DNA from: Candidatus Limnocylindrales bacterium
GTDB lineage: Bacteria > Chloroflexota > Limnocylindria > QHBO01
Assembly (NCBI GenBank): GCA_035540715.1
Contig: DATLGA010000041.1
Coordinates: 17,496 to 81,495 of the forward strand
DNA length: 64,000 nucleotides
Direction of reading: 5' to 3'
A program made the translations under genes and the position numbers. This document shows, in pieces, positions 17,396 to 28,022 of this stretch (within the stretch, counting starts at the first letter, position 1; each line of letters begins with the position of its first letter). The notes beneath the pieces were generated by a model. The model was given only the letters and a program-made list of their open reading frames with translations, was not told where the DNA came from and searched no databases.

Positions 17396-18733
17396 ATGTT
17401 CGAATCTCTCTCGTCGCGCCTGCAGGGGATCACCCAGCGGCTGCGTGGCAAGGCCCGGATCACCGAGGCCGATCTCGACGTCGCGTTGCGCGAGATCCGT
17501 CTCGCACTGCTCGAGGCCGACGTCAACTTCCGCGTCGTCAAGGACTTCGTGGCTCGCGTGCGCGAGCGTGCCGTCGGCTCCGACGTGCTGAGCGGCCTCA
17601 ATCCGGGACAGCAGATCGTGAAGCTCGTTCACGACGAGCTCGTCGAGGTCCTCGGCGGCGAGCGGCATCACCTCCAGCTGGATCGACGGCCGGCCGTGCT
17701 CATGATGGTCGGGCTCCAGGGCTCGGGCAAGACCACCACGGCCGCCAAGCTGGCCGTGCGCCTGCGCAAGGAGGGTCGCAAGCCGATCCTCGTGGCGGCC
17801 GACGTCTACCGCCCCGCGGCCGTCGACCAGCTCGTGCAGCTCGGTGACCAGATCGGAGCCGAAGTCCACACCCGGCCGATCGGCACGCCGGCGCTCGAGG
17901 TCGCCCGCTCGGGGCTCGAGGCGGCGAAGCAGCGCGGCCACGACGTCATGATCCTCGACACCGCGGGCCGGCTCCACGTGGACGACGCCATGATGGACGA
18001 GCTGGTCCGAATCTCCGGCAGCGTCACCCCGTCAGAGACGTTGCTCGTCGTCGATGCCATGACCGGGCAGGAGTCGGTGCGCGTCGCCGAGGCGTTCCAT
18101 GCGCGCCTGCCGGTCACCGGGCTGGTCCTGACGAAGATGGATGGCGACGCGCGCGGCGGCGCGGCCCTCAGCATCCGCGCGGCGACCGGCCTGCCGGTCG
18201 CGTTCCTCGGCACCGGCGAGCGCACGGACGGGCTCGAGCCGTTCCATCCCGATCGGCTTGCGCAGCGGATCCTCGGCATGGGTGACATCCTGAGCTTCGT
18301 CGAGCGGGTCCAGGAGAACGTCGACCAGACCGAGGCCGAGGCGGCGGCGAAGCGGATGATGGAGAACCGCTTCACGCTCGAGGACTTCCGCTCCCAGCTG
18401 AACCAGATCAAGAAGATGGGCCCGATCGGCCAGCTCCTGCAGATGGTCCCCGGCGCGGGGGACATGGCCGGCGCGGCACAGGCCGCGGTGGACTCGGGCC
18501 AGATGAAGCGGATCGAGGCGATCATCGACTCGATGACGCCCGAGGAACGACGCCGGCCGGACATCATCAAGGCGAGCCGGCGACGGCGCATCGCGCTCGG
18601 CAGCGGCACCTCGACCGCCGAGGTCAACCGCCTGCTGAAGCAGTTCGCCGAGATGCAGCGAGTCATGAAGATGATCAGCGGCGGGAAGATGCCCCGAATG
18701 GGTGGCGGGCTCGGCGCCCTTCTCGGGCGCTGA
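17396..18733 (+). CDS. ffh: signal recognition particle protein Ffh
   Basis: GLQGSGKTTTAAKLA, DTAGRLH, M-domain with Met-rich C-terminus. Confidence 0.95.
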   Translation: MFESLSSRLQGITQRLRGKARITEADLDVALREIRLALLEADVNFRVVKDFVARVRERAVGSDVLSGLNPGQQIVKLVHDELVEVLGGERHHLQLDRRPAVLMMVGLQGSGKTTTAAKLAVRLRKEGRKPILVAADVYRPAAVDQLVQLGDQIGAEVHTRPIGTPALEVARSGLEAAKQRGHDVMILDTAGRLHVDDAMMDELVRISGSVTPSETLLVVDAMTGQESVRVAEAFHARLPVTGLVLTKMDGDARGGAALSIRAATGLPVAFLGTGERTDGLEPFHPDRLAQRILGMGDILSFVERVQENVDQTEAEAAAKRMMENRFTLEDFRSQLNQIKKMGPIGQLLQMVPGAGDMAGAAQAAVDSGQMKRIEAIIDSMTPEERRRPDIIKASRRRRIALGSGTSTAEVNRLLKQFAEMQRVMKMISGGKMPRMGGGLGALLGR

Positions 18734-18736
18734 TCG

Positions 18737-20311
18737 ATGCATCGGCTGGTCGTCGCCCTCGTCACCCTTCTCGGCCTCACCGGCGCAGCGGTCGTCGCGG
18801 CCTACCTCCTGCTCTTCTCGGCCGGCACGGACCGGGCTGCCCGACTGGCGCCGGCCGATACGGCGTTCTACGTGAACGTCTACCTCCAGCCCTCCGCGGG
18901 ACAGCAGATGAACCTGTCGCAGCTGATCGGCCGCTTCCCCGGCTTCGCCGACGACGCGACGCTCGACGACAAGGTCGACCAGGTCGTCCAGAATCTCCTG
19001 GCCGGGAGCGGGGTCGACTACCGCCGTGACGTCAAGCCCTGGCTCGGAAACCAGGTCGCCCTCGCCGTCTGGCCCTCGGCCGGGACCGATATCGCCGACG
19101 CCCAACCGGTGGTGCTGGCGGAGGTGAAGGATCGCGAGGCGGCCGAGGCGTCGATCGAGAGCCTCGTCCCCGACGGCAGCGCGTTTCGGACGGAAACGCA
19201 CGACGGCGTCGCGCTCCACGTCTCGAGCGAGACGACCTACGCGTTCGTCGAGGAGATGCTCGTCCTGGGGCCGGACCCCGCCGGCGTGCGACGCGTCATC
19301 GACGTGAGTCGCGGGGCCGATGCGCTCGCGGACCGCGACGACTTCCAGCGCACCATGCGGGACATGCCGTCCGATCACCTGGCCTCCGCGTTCGTCGACC
19401 TGGCGGCGGTGGCCGAGGAGGCAGACGTCGCCGAGCAGCTCAGCGCGGTCTCGACCGCCGGCGCCGTCCTCGTGGCGGAGGAGGCGGGGCTACGGCTGAG
19501 CGGCAGTGCGCCATTCGACGTGGAGCGCGCCGATCCGTCGGCGCGAGCCGCGTTCGTGATGAGCCGCGAGCCCAGCAGCCTGACCGAGTGGATGCCGCCG
19601 ACCACAATCGCCGAGGTCGTCATCTTCGGCCTGCGCCAGACGCTCGAGGACGCCGAGGCAGCCGCACGGGCCACGCCGGATGGGCAGGAGCTCACGAGCG
19701 CGCTCGATACGTTCCGCGCCATCGCGGCGTTCGGGCTGGGGATCGACCTCGACGCCGACGTGCTGCCGCTGTTCGATCGCGAGGTGGCGATCGCGCTGAC
19801 CGGGTTCCGCGGCGACCTCCCGTCCGGGCAGCTCCTGCTGCGGCCCGACGACCCGGGGGCCGCCGGTGCCGGCCTGGCGCGGATCACGGAACGGCTGACC
19901 GCCGTCGGGGCGACGACCCGGGAGCACGAGATGCCGGGCGGCACGGCGACGGTGATCGGGGTCCCCGAGGTTGGGGAGGTCGCGTACGTCGTGACCGACG
20001 CGGGGATCATCATCTTCGCCTTCGGCACCGAGGACCTGGCTGCGGCGGTCGACGCCCACGACCGCGGGACCTCGCTGGCCTCCACCGAGGCGTACCGCCG
20101 CACGTTCGACACGGCCGGGATCCGCGCCGGCAACGAGGCATGGATCGATGTTCGAGCCCTCGTTGCCCTCATGCAGGCCGACGCCGAGCTCGATGCGGAC
20201 ACTCGCGATATCCTTGGTCAGATCGGGACGCTCGGCTTCACCGCCCCGTCCCGCGAGGACCACATCGAATTCCATGCGGTGCTGACGGTCGAGGAGACCC
20301 GGCCCGATTGA
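18737..20311 (+). CDS. hypothetical membrane-anchored protein (possibly DUF3352-like)
   Basis: 524 aa, N-terminal TM helix (LVVALVTLLGLTGAAVVAAYLLLF), remainder soluble; no recognisable catalytic motifs. Confidence 0.5.
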   Translation: MHRLVVALVTLLGLTGAAVVAAYLLLFSAGTDRAARLAPADTAFYVNVYLQPSAGQQMNLSQLIGRFPGFADDATLDDKVDQVVQNLLAGSGVDYRRDVKPWLGNQVALAVWPSAGTDIADAQPVVLAEVKDREAAEASIESLVPDGSAFRTETHDGVALHVSSETTYAFVEEMLVLGPDPAGVRRVIDVSRGADALADRDDFQRTMRDMPSDHLASAFVDLAAVAEEADVAEQLSAVSTAGAVLVAEEAGLRLSGSAPFDVERADPSARAAFVMSREPSSLTEWMPPTTIAEVVIFGLRQTLEDAEAAARATPDGQELTSALDTFRAIAAFGLGIDLDADVLPLFDREVAIALTGFRGDLPSGQLLLRPDDPGAAGAGLARITERLTAVGATTREHEMPGGTATVIGVPEVGEVAYVVTDAGIIIFAFGTEDLAAAVDAHDRGTSLASTEAYRRTFDTAGIRAGNEAWIDVRALVALMQADAELDADTRDILGQIGTLGFTAPSREDHIEFHAVLTVEETRPD

Positions 20312-20347
20312 GCAGTTGCTACCAACCCACACTGAGGTAAGGACCAC

Positions 20348-20797
20348 TTGGCAGTTCGCATCCGGCTGACGCGCGTCGGCGCCACGAAGCGCCCCGCCTA
20401 CCGCGTCATCGCCATCGACAAGCGGCGTTCGCGCGACGGACGCGCCCTCGAGATCCTCGGGTACTACGACCCCTTGACCGAGCCGGCGACCGTGCAGCTC
20501 GACAGAGAGAAGATCAACGCCTGGATCGGCAAGGGCGCACAGCCGTCCGAGACGGTCGTGAAGCTCATGGCCCAGGCCGATCGCGCGGCCACGGCCGGTG
20601 CCGAGCCCGAGAAGCCGAAGCGCGCGACGCGCAGCGCTGCGAAGCCGTCGAAGAAGACCAGTGCGAAGGCGGAGGCGCCTGCCGAAGCCGCACCCGCAGC
20701 CGCCGAGAGCCCCGATGGGGAGACGCCGGCCGCCGCTGAAGAGACGGCCGCCGAAGCCGACGCCGAGGCCGCCTCCGACGAGAAGGCCGACGCGTGA
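20348..20797 (+). CDS. rpsP: 30S ribosomal protein S16 with ~75-aa Ala/Glu/Lys-rich C-terminal tail
   Basis: TTG start after AGGTAAGGA; AVRIRLTRVGATKRPAYRVIAIDKR; low-complexity tail. Confidence 0.9.
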   Translation: MAVRIRLTRVGATKRPAYRVIAIDKRRSRDGRALEILGYYDPLTEPATVQLDREKINAWIGKGAQPSETVVKLMAQADRAATAGAEPEKPKRATRSAAKPSKKTSAKAEAPAEAAPAAAESPDGETPAAAEETAAEADAEAASDEKADA

Positions 20798-21033
20798 AAG
20801 AGTTCCTCGAGTACGTCGCGCGCTCGCTCGTCGACAAGCCCGACGCGGTATGGGTGGAGGTCGACGAGGAGGACGGGGACACGATCCTGACCCTGGGCGT
20901 CGACCAGGAGGACATGGGGCGCGTCATCGGTCGCGACGGGCGCATCGCCAACGCGATCCGCAGTCTCCTGCGCGTGATGGCGACCCGTGATGGCCGGCAC
21001 GTCGAGCTCGAGATCGTCAACGACGCGGAGTGA
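20794..21033 (+). CDS. KH-domain RNA-binding protein (YlqC/UPF0109)
   Basis: GTG overlapping rpsP TGA; VIGRDGRIANAIRSLLRV KH GxxG-like core. Confidence 0.8.
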   Translation: MKEFLEYVARSLVDKPDAVWVEVDEEDGDTILTLGVDQEDMGRVIGRDGRIANAIRSLLRVMATRDGRHVELEIVNDAE

Positions 21034-21520
21034 GCGCCGGCTGGCGCTCGCCCGCGTCCTCGGCGTCAAGGGCCTGCGCGGCGGCGTTCGCGTCGAGATC
21101 CTGACCGACTGGCCCGAGCGGCTGGACGCCGGAGCCTCGCTCTTTGCCGACGGCAGCGATGAGCCGCTCGTCGTGAGCAGGACGGAGGTCGGCGGTCGCG
21201 TTCCGGTGCTGTACTTCGCCGGGCGCGAGACCCGCGAGTCGGTGGAGCCGCTCGTCGGTCGGTATCTCGAGGCAGTCGCACGGCCCCTCGACGACGGTTC
21301 GTATTACTGGGAGGACCTCATCGGCCTGCGGGTCGAGGAGCCCGATGGCTCGCCGGTGGGCGAGCTGGTCGAGATCTTCCGGGCCGGCGGCAACGAGGTC
21401 TACCGCGTCGTCGGGACGAGCGGCGAGCGGCTGGTGCCGGCCCTGCGCAGCGCGGTCCTGGAGATCGACCTCGACGCCCAGCGCATCGTCGTCGCGCCGG
21501 ACGACTCCGAGACGGTCTGA
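20987..21520 (+). CDS. rimM: ribosome maturation factor RimM
   Basis: [28 protein letters not shown]; only in-frame starts are ATG 20987/20990 (47-nt overlap with KH gene). Confidence 0.75.
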   Translation: MMAGTSSSRSSTTRSERRLALARVLGVKGLRGGVRVEILTDWPERLDAGASLFADGSDEPLVVSRTEVGGRVPVLYFAGRETRESVEPLVGRYLEAVARPLDDGSYYWEDLIGLRVEEPDGSPVGELVEIFRAGGNEVYRVVGTSGERLVPALRSAVLEIDLDAQRIVVAPDDSETV

Positions 21521-21521
21521 C

Positions 21522-22244
21522 GTGATGCGGATCGACCTCGTCACGCTGTTCCCCGAGCTCGTCGGCGGACCGCTGGGGACCTCGATCATCGGGCGGGCGG
21601 CCGAGAGCGGGCTCGTCGAGTACCACGTGCACGACCTGCGGGAGCACGGGCTCGGTCGTCATCGGTCGGTCGACGACTACCCCTACGGCGGCGGGGCCGG
21701 CATGGTCATGCGTCCGGAGCCGCTGTTCGCCGCGATCGAGCCGCTCCGCGAGGCGGGCGCGCACGTCGTGCTCCTCGACCCGGCGGGGGAGCGCCTCACC
21801 GACGCCCTGGCCCGCACGCTCGCCGGGTTCCCGCACCTCGCCCTCGTGAGCGGCCGGTACGAGGGCATCGACGAGCGGGTCCGGTCGCTGGTGGACCGCG
21901 AGGTGAGCATCGGCGACTACGTTCTGACCGGCGGCGAGCTTCCAGCCCTGGTCCTCGTCGACGCGGTCGTGCGGCTCGTGCCCGGCGTGATCCAGGAGGC
22001 TTCCCACACCGGCGACTCCTTTGCCTCCGGGCTGCTCGAGCATCCGCAGTACACGCGGCCCGAGTCGTTCCGCGGCATGGACGTGCCGCCGGTCCTGCTG
22101 AGCGGCCACCACGGCGAGGTCGAGCGTTGGCGCCGCCGCGAGGCCCTGCGCCGGACGCTGGAGCGACGCCCGGATCTGCTGGGCACCGCGGCGTTGAGCG
22201 AGGACGATGACGCCACGCTCGAGGACCTTCGCCGAGGGGTCTGA
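21522..22244 (+). CDS. trmD: tRNA (guanine37-N1)-methyltransferase TrmD
   Basis: GTG 21522/ATG 21525; [12 protein letters not shown]..., [13 protein letters not shown]; ORF-track N-extension overlaps rimM. Confidence 0.9.
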   Translation: MMRIDLVTLFPELVGGPLGTSIIGRAAESGLVEYHVHDLREHGLGRHRSVDDYPYGGGAGMVMRPEPLFAAIEPLREAGAHVVLLDPAGERLTDALARTLAGFPHLALVSGRYEGIDERVRSLVDREVSIGDYVLTGGELPALVLVDAVVRLVPGVIQEASHTGDSFASGLLEHPQYTRPESFRGMDVPPVLLSGHHGEVERWRRREALRRTLERRPDLLGTAALSEDDDATLEDLRRGV

Positions 22245-22370
22245 CGCGAAGTTGTGGCCGCCCGCGCCGCGCTGCTATACTTCGCCGGTCGCGGCCGCAG
22301 CGGGCGGTCGCGTTCGTGTGTCGCAGTCATTCAACCGCGGACCGCTCCGCGAGAACGAGGTTTCCCGACG

Positions 22371-22718
22371 ATGAACGCCATCCAGGAGCTCGAGCGCGAG
22401 CAGCTCCGCACCGACGTCCCGGAGATCGCCCCGGGCGACACCGTCCGCGTCTCGGTGAAGGTGGTCGAGGGCAGCCGCGAGCGCGTCCAGGTCTTCGAGG
22501 GCACCGTCATGCGGATGCGCGGCGGTGGCCTGAACCGCCAGATCACGGTCCGGCGAATCGCCAGCGGCGTCGGCGTCGAGCGCACGTTCATGGTTCACGC
22601 GCCGCGGATCGACAAGATCGAGGTCGTCCGCCACGGCGTGACCCGCCGCGCGCAGCTGTACTTCCTGCGCGACCGGGTCGGCAAGGCCGCGACGCTGCGC
22701 GAGCGCCGCGCCAACTGA
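22371..22718 (+). CDS. rplS: 50S ribosomal protein L19
   Basis: [27 protein letters not shown]...; internal ATG of ORF 22254. Confidence 0.9.
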   Translation: MNAIQELEREQLRTDVPEIAPGDTVRVSVKVVEGSRERVQVFEGTVMRMRGGGLNRQITVRRIASGVGVERTFMVHAPRIDKIEVVRHGVTRRAQLYFLRDRVGKAATLRERRAN

Positions 22719-22756
22719 CCGCCCGGCCGGCTCGTCCCGGCCGATACACTCACGGC

Positions 22757-23479
22757 GTGTCCGCTGCGCCGCGACCCACCCGGACCCTCAAGCCGTCGAC
22801 GCGGGCCGAGCGCGCCCACTGGACCGCCGGTCGTCGCGTCGTGGTCGGAGCCGATGCGGTGGGCGTCGCCTGCCTCAGCGGTCCGGTGCTTGCCGCCGCC
22901 GTCGCGATGCCGCCCTTCGGTCGACGCGTGCCGGGCGTGCGCGATTCGAAGATGCTCTCGCGCTCACAGCGCGACCGGCTGCTTCCCCTGATCCTGCGCC
23001 GCGCCGTGGCAGTCGGCATCGGGGCAGCCAGCGTCGCCGAGATCGACCGCCTCAACATCTACCACGCCACGAATCTCGCGATGCGCCGCGCGATCTGCCG
23101 GATCGGCGACCGCGAGCACGTGCTGATCGACGGGCTGCGCGTGCATCGCTTCGAGGACGAGGTGGGGCCGTATACGGCCATCGTGAAGGGCGACGCGCGC
23201 TGCTACACGATCGCTGCCGCTTCGGTCGTCGCCAAGGTCGTGCGTGACCGCCTGATGGACCGGCTGGCGACGCGGTACCCGAACTACGGCTGGGAGCACA
23301 ACGCCGGATACGCCACGCTCGACCACCGGCGGGGGATCGAGGAGCACGGCATCACGCCGTTCCATCGCCGGTCGTTCGCGCGGGTCCGCGCCGTGGAGCT
23401 CGGCGAGCAGCTCGACCTGGAGCTCGACTTCCCCACGGCGGCCGATCGGCCCGTGAGCGAGCTGCTCCTGCCGGCCTGA
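22757..23479 (+). CDS. rnhB: ribonuclease HII
   Basis: GVDEAGRG-equivalent GADAVGVACLSGPV, DSKMLS, conserved C-terminal region; GTG 22757 in frame of ORF 22316. Confidence 0.85.
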   Translation: MSAAPRPTRTLKPSTRAERAHWTAGRRVVVGADAVGVACLSGPVLAAAVAMPPFGRRVPGVRDSKMLSRSQRDRLLPLILRRAVAVGIGAASVAEIDRLNIYHATNLAMRRAICRIGDREHVLIDGLRVHRFEDEVGPYTAIVKGDARCYTIAAASVVAKVVRDRLMDRLATRYPNYGWEHNAGYATLDHRRGIEEHGITPFHRRSFARVRAVELGEQLDLELDFPTAADRPVSELLLPA

Positions 23480-23538
23480 CTCCCGTCGGTAAGCGGGCGG
23501 TAAGCCGCCGGTACACGGGCCGCGCGTAGCGTGCCCGG

Positions 23539-23910
23539 ATGTCGGATCCACGCCACCGCCTTGGCCTCGCCGCGGAGGAGGCCACGGCCGCCTGGCTGGC
23601 ATCGTGCGGCTGGTCGGTGTTGCGGCGCCGGTGGCGGCCGGTCGCCGGTGGTGAGCTCGACCTCGTCGCGCTCGACCCGGACGGGGTGCTCGTCGCCGTC
23701 GAGGTGCGAGCCCGTCGGTCGAGCCGCGCCGGCTCGCCGGCTCAGAGCGTCGATGCCCGGCGCATCGCGCGCCTGCGCCGCTCCCTGGCGGCAACCGGAG
23801 CATCGGAGGTCGGCGCCCACACGGGCCTGCGGGTCGACCTCGTCACCGCGGAACCGGCCGCCGATGGACACGGCCGGTGGCTACTCGTCCGAATTCCCGG
23901 GATCGGCTGA
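23539..23910 (+). CDS. yraN: YraN/UPF0102 family endonuclease
   Basis: EEATAAWLASCGWSVLRRRWR...GELDLVALD...VEVRAR. Confidence 0.8.
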   Translation: MSDPRHRLGLAAEEATAAWLASCGWSVLRRRWRPVAGGELDLVALDPDGVLVAVEVRARRSSRAGSPAQSVDARRIARLRRSLAATGASEVGAHTGLRVDLVTAEPAADGHGRWLLVRIPGIG

Positions 23911-23915
23911 ACGGC

Positions 23916-24815
23916 TCAGCCTTCGAAGATGCGGATGAGCGCCTTGATCGACGCGACGTACGGCCGGCTGATCGGGTAGACGCCATGCCGGTCGGCCGCC
24001 GTCTGGCCCTGGTAGTACGCGGCCAGGACCAGGTCGACGTTGCCGTCGTACCGATCGAGGTAATGCGCGAGCAGACGGACGCCGGCACGGACGTTCTGGC
24101 GCAGGTTCGCCAGGTCGACCGGCGCCCCGAGCATGGCCTCGCCCACCCACTCGCCGGTGGAGGGCAGCAGCTGCATGACGCCGATCGCGCCGGCACGGCT
24201 GACGACGCCCTGCTGCCAGCCCGACTCCTGCCAGGCGACCGCCAGCGCCAGGGCGACCGGCACGTCGTACCGCTCGGCCTCCTCGACGATCACGCGCCGC
24301 ACCTCCGCGCGACGCTGCATCAGCGCCGCCATCGAGGCTGGTACCGAAGCCCCCGGTGACGCGCTCCCGCCGGCACCCGGAATGTTGAGCCGCTGGCCGG
24401 CGAAGATTCGGCTCGGGTTGGCGATGCCGTTCGCGGACGCGATCGCGCCGACGGTGACGTCGTAGCGGGCGGCGATGTGGGTCAGCGTCTCGCCGAGCCT
24501 GACGGTGTGCGAGCGCGCCCGTGCGGCCGGTGCCGCGGGCGCGGGAGACGGCGCCGCCGACGCCGACGCGCCGGTGACCCTTAGGCGCTGCCCGACGTAG
24601 ATGCGGTTCGGGTCGGCCAGGCCGTTCAGCTCCACGATGCGCGGGATCGGCACCCCGTGCCGCTTCGAGATCGAGGTGAGCGTGTCGCCGGGACGGACGA
24701 CGACCGGATCGGCGGCCAGGGCGCCGCCGGCGAGGATCGGTCCGGCGACGATGGCCGCGGCGAGGCTCACGGCGGGCACGAGGAGCCTGGGTCGGAGCAA
24801 GGATCGGTCCTCCAT
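23916..24815 (-). CDS. secreted LysM(x2)-lytic transglycosylase (SLT domain) protein
   Basis: Two LysM repeats (GDTLTSISKRHGV.., GETLTHIAARYDV..) plus SLT motif AWQESGW..GVMQL; signal peptide from internal Met (MEDRSLLRPRLLVPAVSLAAAIVA). Confidence 0.8.
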   Translation of the reverse strand: MEDRSLLRPRLLVPAVSLAAAIVAGPILAGGALAADPVVVRPGDTLTSISKRHGVPIPRIVELNGLADPNRIYVGQRLRVTGASASAAPSPAPAAPAARARSHTVRLGETLTHIAARYDVTVGAIASANGIANPSRIFAGQRLNIPGAGGSASPGASVPASMAALMQRRAEVRRVIVEEAERYDVPVALALAVAWQESGWQQGVVSRAGAIGVMQLLPSTGEWVGEAMLGAPVDLANLRQNVRAGVRLLAHYLDRYDGNVDLVLAAYYQGQTAADRHGVYPISRPYVASIKALIRIFEG

Positions 24816-25107
24816 CTGGCATGCGAAAGAACGCGCCGATGCTAGGAGCCATCCGGGGACGGTCAAGGTACGTCCGCATCACCTCGGGGTACTTCGGTAC
24901 CGACCGGTGCGGTCGGCCGAAGCGAGGCCCCGGCCGGCGAGGGCCGGCGCCGCCTCTGCTATACTTTTCGAGGCTCGCGCATTCGCGTGGGCGTTCTTCT
25001 CATCACACACGCTCGATTGATCCTGCCGGTCGACGGTGCCGCGACGCTCGTCGCGGTCGACCCGGGAGCCGACATCGAGCGGAGGAACAACCGGAGGTTC
25101 TATCCAC

Positions 25108-26058
25108 GTGGCTGCCACCAGCATGAAGCAGCTGCTCGAAGCGGGCGTCCACTTCGGGCATCAGACCCGGCGCTGGAACCCGAAGATGCGCGAGTACATC
25201 TTCGCGGAGCGCAACGGGATCCACATCATCGACCTGGCACAGACCGTCACCCGGCTCGAGGACGCGCTCGAGTTCGTGCGCGAGACCGTCCGCCGGGGCG
25301 ACAGCATCCTCTTCGTCGGCACGAAGAAGCAGGCCCAGGAGTCACTCGCCGAGGCCGCGCAGCGCTCCGGCCAGCACTACGTCAACAGCCGGTGGCTCGG
25401 CGGGATGCTCACGAACTTCACGACGATCAAGCGCCGCATCCAGCGCCTGGAGGCTCTCGAGGCGCGTCGCGACGCCGGCGAGTTCGAGCGCCTCACGAAG
25501 AAGGAGGCGTCGAAGCTCAACGACGAGATCGCGAAGCTCGACGCGGCCCTGGGCGGCATCCGCAAGATGCGTCGGCTGCCGGGCGCACTCTTCGTGGTCG
25601 ACCCGCACCGAGAATCGATCGCCGTCGCCGAGGCACGCCGCCTCGAGATCCCGATCGTTGCGATGACCGACACGAACTGCGATCCCGACCTCATCGACTG
25701 GGTCATCCCGGCCAACGACGACGCGATCCGATCGGTCCGCCTCATCTGCGGCCTCGTCGCCGAGGCGGCGTCGGTCGCCCAGCAGGAGCGGCAGGCACGA
25801 CTCGACGAGGAGTTCGAGCAGGCCGAGGCGATGCCGCCGGTCGACGAGACGACGCTCACCTCGGAAGCCGACTACAGCGCGGCGCTGGCGTCCGGCGAGG
25901 CGCTGATCTTCGAGCCCGAGCCCGAGGACGACGAGGAGGAGGAGCGCCGCGCCCGCGCACGCCGAGCGGCGCACCTCGAGGAGGGCGAGCCGGAGCACGA
26001 CCCCGATCGTGAGCACGAGCGCGCCATCGACGAGCACACCAAGGAGCCCCGCCCGTAG
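25108..26058 (+). CDS. rpsB: 30S ribosomal protein S2 with acidic C-terminal extension
   Basis: GTG 25108 after CCGGAGG; [22 protein letters not shown]; C-terminal ~70 aa Asp/Glu-rich. Confidence 0.9.
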   Translation: MAATSMKQLLEAGVHFGHQTRRWNPKMREYIFAERNGIHIIDLAQTVTRLEDALEFVRETVRRGDSILFVGTKKQAQESLAEAAQRSGQHYVNSRWLGGMLTNFTTIKRRIQRLEALEARRDAGEFERLTKKEASKLNDEIAKLDAALGGIRKMRRLPGALFVVDPHRESIAVAEARRLEIPIVAMTDTNCDPDLIDWVIPANDDAIRSVRLICGLVAEAASVAQQERQARLDEEFEQAEAMPPVDETTLTSEADYSAALASGEALIFEPEPEDDEEEERRARARRAAHLEEGEPEHDPDREHERAIDEHTKEPRP

Positions 26059-26079
26059 GGCGGCGGCAGGGAAAGGAAC

Positions 26080-26712
26080 ATGACGAACACGGTGATGATC
26101 AAGCCTGAAGACGTGAAGCGGCTGCGTGAGCAGACCGGCGCCGGCATCATGGATTGCAAGCGCGCGCTCGAGGAGTCCGGCGGCGACTACGACAAGGCGA
26201 TCCTGTGGCTCCGCGAGAAGGGCCTGTCGACCGCCGCCAAGAAGGCGGGCCGCGCGGCTCGCGAGGGGCTCGTCCAGAGCTACATCCACCACGGGTCGCG
26301 CCTCGGCGTCCTGCTCGAGCTCAACTGCGAGACGGACTTCGTCGCCCGCACCGAGGACTTCCAGCAGCTGGCACGCGACATCGCGATGCAGATCGCCGGC
26401 ATGGCGCCGCTGTACGTCAGCCGGGAGGACGTGCCCGCCGACATCGTCGAGGAGCAGAAGCGCCTCTTCACGGTCGACGCAGAGCGGGACGGGCGCCCCG
26501 CCGACCGGATCCCGATGATCGTCGAGGGCAAGCTCAACAAGTGGTACGAGTCGGTCTGTCTGCTCGAGCAGCCGTACCGCGATACCGACCAGAAGATGGC
26601 CGATCTCATCACCGAGAAGGTCGCGCTGCTCGGGGAGAACATCAAGGTCGCGCGGTTCGTCCGCATGGCCGTCGGCGAGACCGCCCAGGCCGACGCCGAC
26701 GAGGCCGCCTGA
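26080..26712 (+). CDS. tsf: elongation factor Ts
   Basis: LREQTGAGIMDCKRALEE UBA-like N-terminus. Confidence 0.9.
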   Translation: MTNTVMIKPEDVKRLREQTGAGIMDCKRALEESGGDYDKAILWLREKGLSTAAKKAGRAAREGLVQSYIHHGSRLGVLLELNCETDFVARTEDFQQLARDIAMQIAGMAPLYVSREDVPADIVEEQKRLFTVDAERDGRPADRIPMIVEGKLNKWYESVCLLEQPYRDTDQKMADLITEKVALLGENIKVARFVRMAVGETAQADADEAA

Positions 26713-26715
26713 CCG

Positions 26716-27465
26716 ATGACCGATGCGGCCACCGCGTCCGCCACCGTCTCGCCCCGTCGGGTGCTCCTCAAGCTCTCCGGCGAGGCGCTGATGGGGGACC
26801 GCGAGTACGGGATCGACCCGGCGGTGGTCCGCGACATCGCGGCGCAGGTGGCCGACGCGGCATCGGGCGACACGGAGGTCGCGATCGTCGTCGGCGGCGG
26901 CAACATCTTCCGCGGGCTGGCGGCCAGTGCGAAGGGAATGGACCGTGCCACCGGCGACTACATGGGCATGCTTGCGACCGTGATGAACGGCCTCGCCATC
27001 CAGGACGCGCTCGAGCAGGCCGGCTGCCCGACGCGGGTCATGAGCGCGATCGCGATGAATGAGATCGCCGAGCCCTACATCCGCCGCCGCGCGGTTCGGC
27101 ACCTCGAGAAGGGCCGCGTGGTGGTCATGGTCGCCGGCACGGGCAACCCGTACTTCACCACCGACACGGCGGCGACGCTCCGCGCGGTCGAGGTGCACGC
27201 GCAGGTCATCCTGAAGGCCACCCGGGTCGACGGGGTGTACGATGCCGACCCCGAGAAGCACCCCGAAGCGCAGCGCTACAGCCAAGTCGGGTACACCGAG
27301 CTGCTGAGCAACCGCCTCCAGGCCCTCGACGCGACGGCCGTGAGCCTGGCCATGGACAACGAGATGCCGATCGTGGTCTTCGACATGACCGTCCCGGGCA
27401 ATATCGCCCGCGCCGTGCGCGGCGAGCGGATCGGCACGCTGATCTCAGGAGAGGAGTCCCGATGA
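26716..27465 (+). CDS. pyrH: UMP kinase
   Basis: [21 protein letters not shown]. Confidence 0.9.
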   Translation: MTDAATASATVSPRRVLLKLSGEALMGDREYGIDPAVVRDIAAQVADAASGDTEVAIVVGGGNIFRGLAASAKGMDRATGDYMGMLATVMNGLAIQDALEQAGCPTRVMSAIAMNEIAEPYIRRRAVRHLEKGRVVVMVAGTGNPYFTTDTAATLRAVEVHAQVILKATRVDGVYDADPEKHPEAQRYSQVGYTELLSNRLQALDATAVSLAMDNEMPIVVFDMTVPGNIARAVRGERIGTLISGEESR

Positions 27466-28019
27466 CGCACGAGGCCCTGACCGCCATCGAACCGAAGATG
27501 CAGCGCGCCATCGAGGCGATGGAGCGCGACTTCGCCGGCATCCGGACCGGTCGAGCGTCCACCGCCCTCGTCGAGCGCATCACGGTCGACTACTACGGCG
27601 CCCAGACGCCGCTCAACCAGGTCGCCGGCATCAGCACCCCGGACGCGCACCTGATCGTCATCCAGCCATGGGACCGATCGGTCCTGTCCGCCATCGAGAA
27701 GGCGATCACGAAGAGCGACATCGGCCTCGTGCCGAACGTCGACGGCACCGTCGTCCGCCTGAACGTCCCGCCGCTCACCGAGGAGCGGCGCCGCGAGATG
27801 GTCAAGCAGGTCCGCCGGCGCACCGAGGAGGCTCGCGTCGAGGTCCGCAACCACCGCCGCGAAGCGGCGGATCAGCTCAAGAAGGGGCTGCGCGACGGCG
27901 ATCTGTCGGAGGACGAGGAGCGGCGCGAGCTCGACAACCTGCAGAAGCTGACCGACCGCTACATCGAGGCCATCGACGCGCGAGCCGATCGCAAGGAAGC
28001 CGAGATCCTGGAGGTCTGA
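27462..28019 (+). CDS. frr: ribosome recycling factor
   Basis: Overlaps pyrH stop; [15 protein letters not shown], conserved Frr. Confidence 0.9.
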   Translation: MTHEALTAIEPKMQRAIEAMERDFAGIRTGRASTALVERITVDYYGAQTPLNQVAGISTPDAHLIVIQPWDRSVLSAIEKAITKSDIGLVPNVDGTVVRLNVPPLTEERRREMVKQVRRRTEEARVEVRNHRREAADQLKKGLRDGDLSEDEERRELDNLQKLTDRYIEAIDARADRKEAEILEV

Positions 28020-28022
28020 CGG

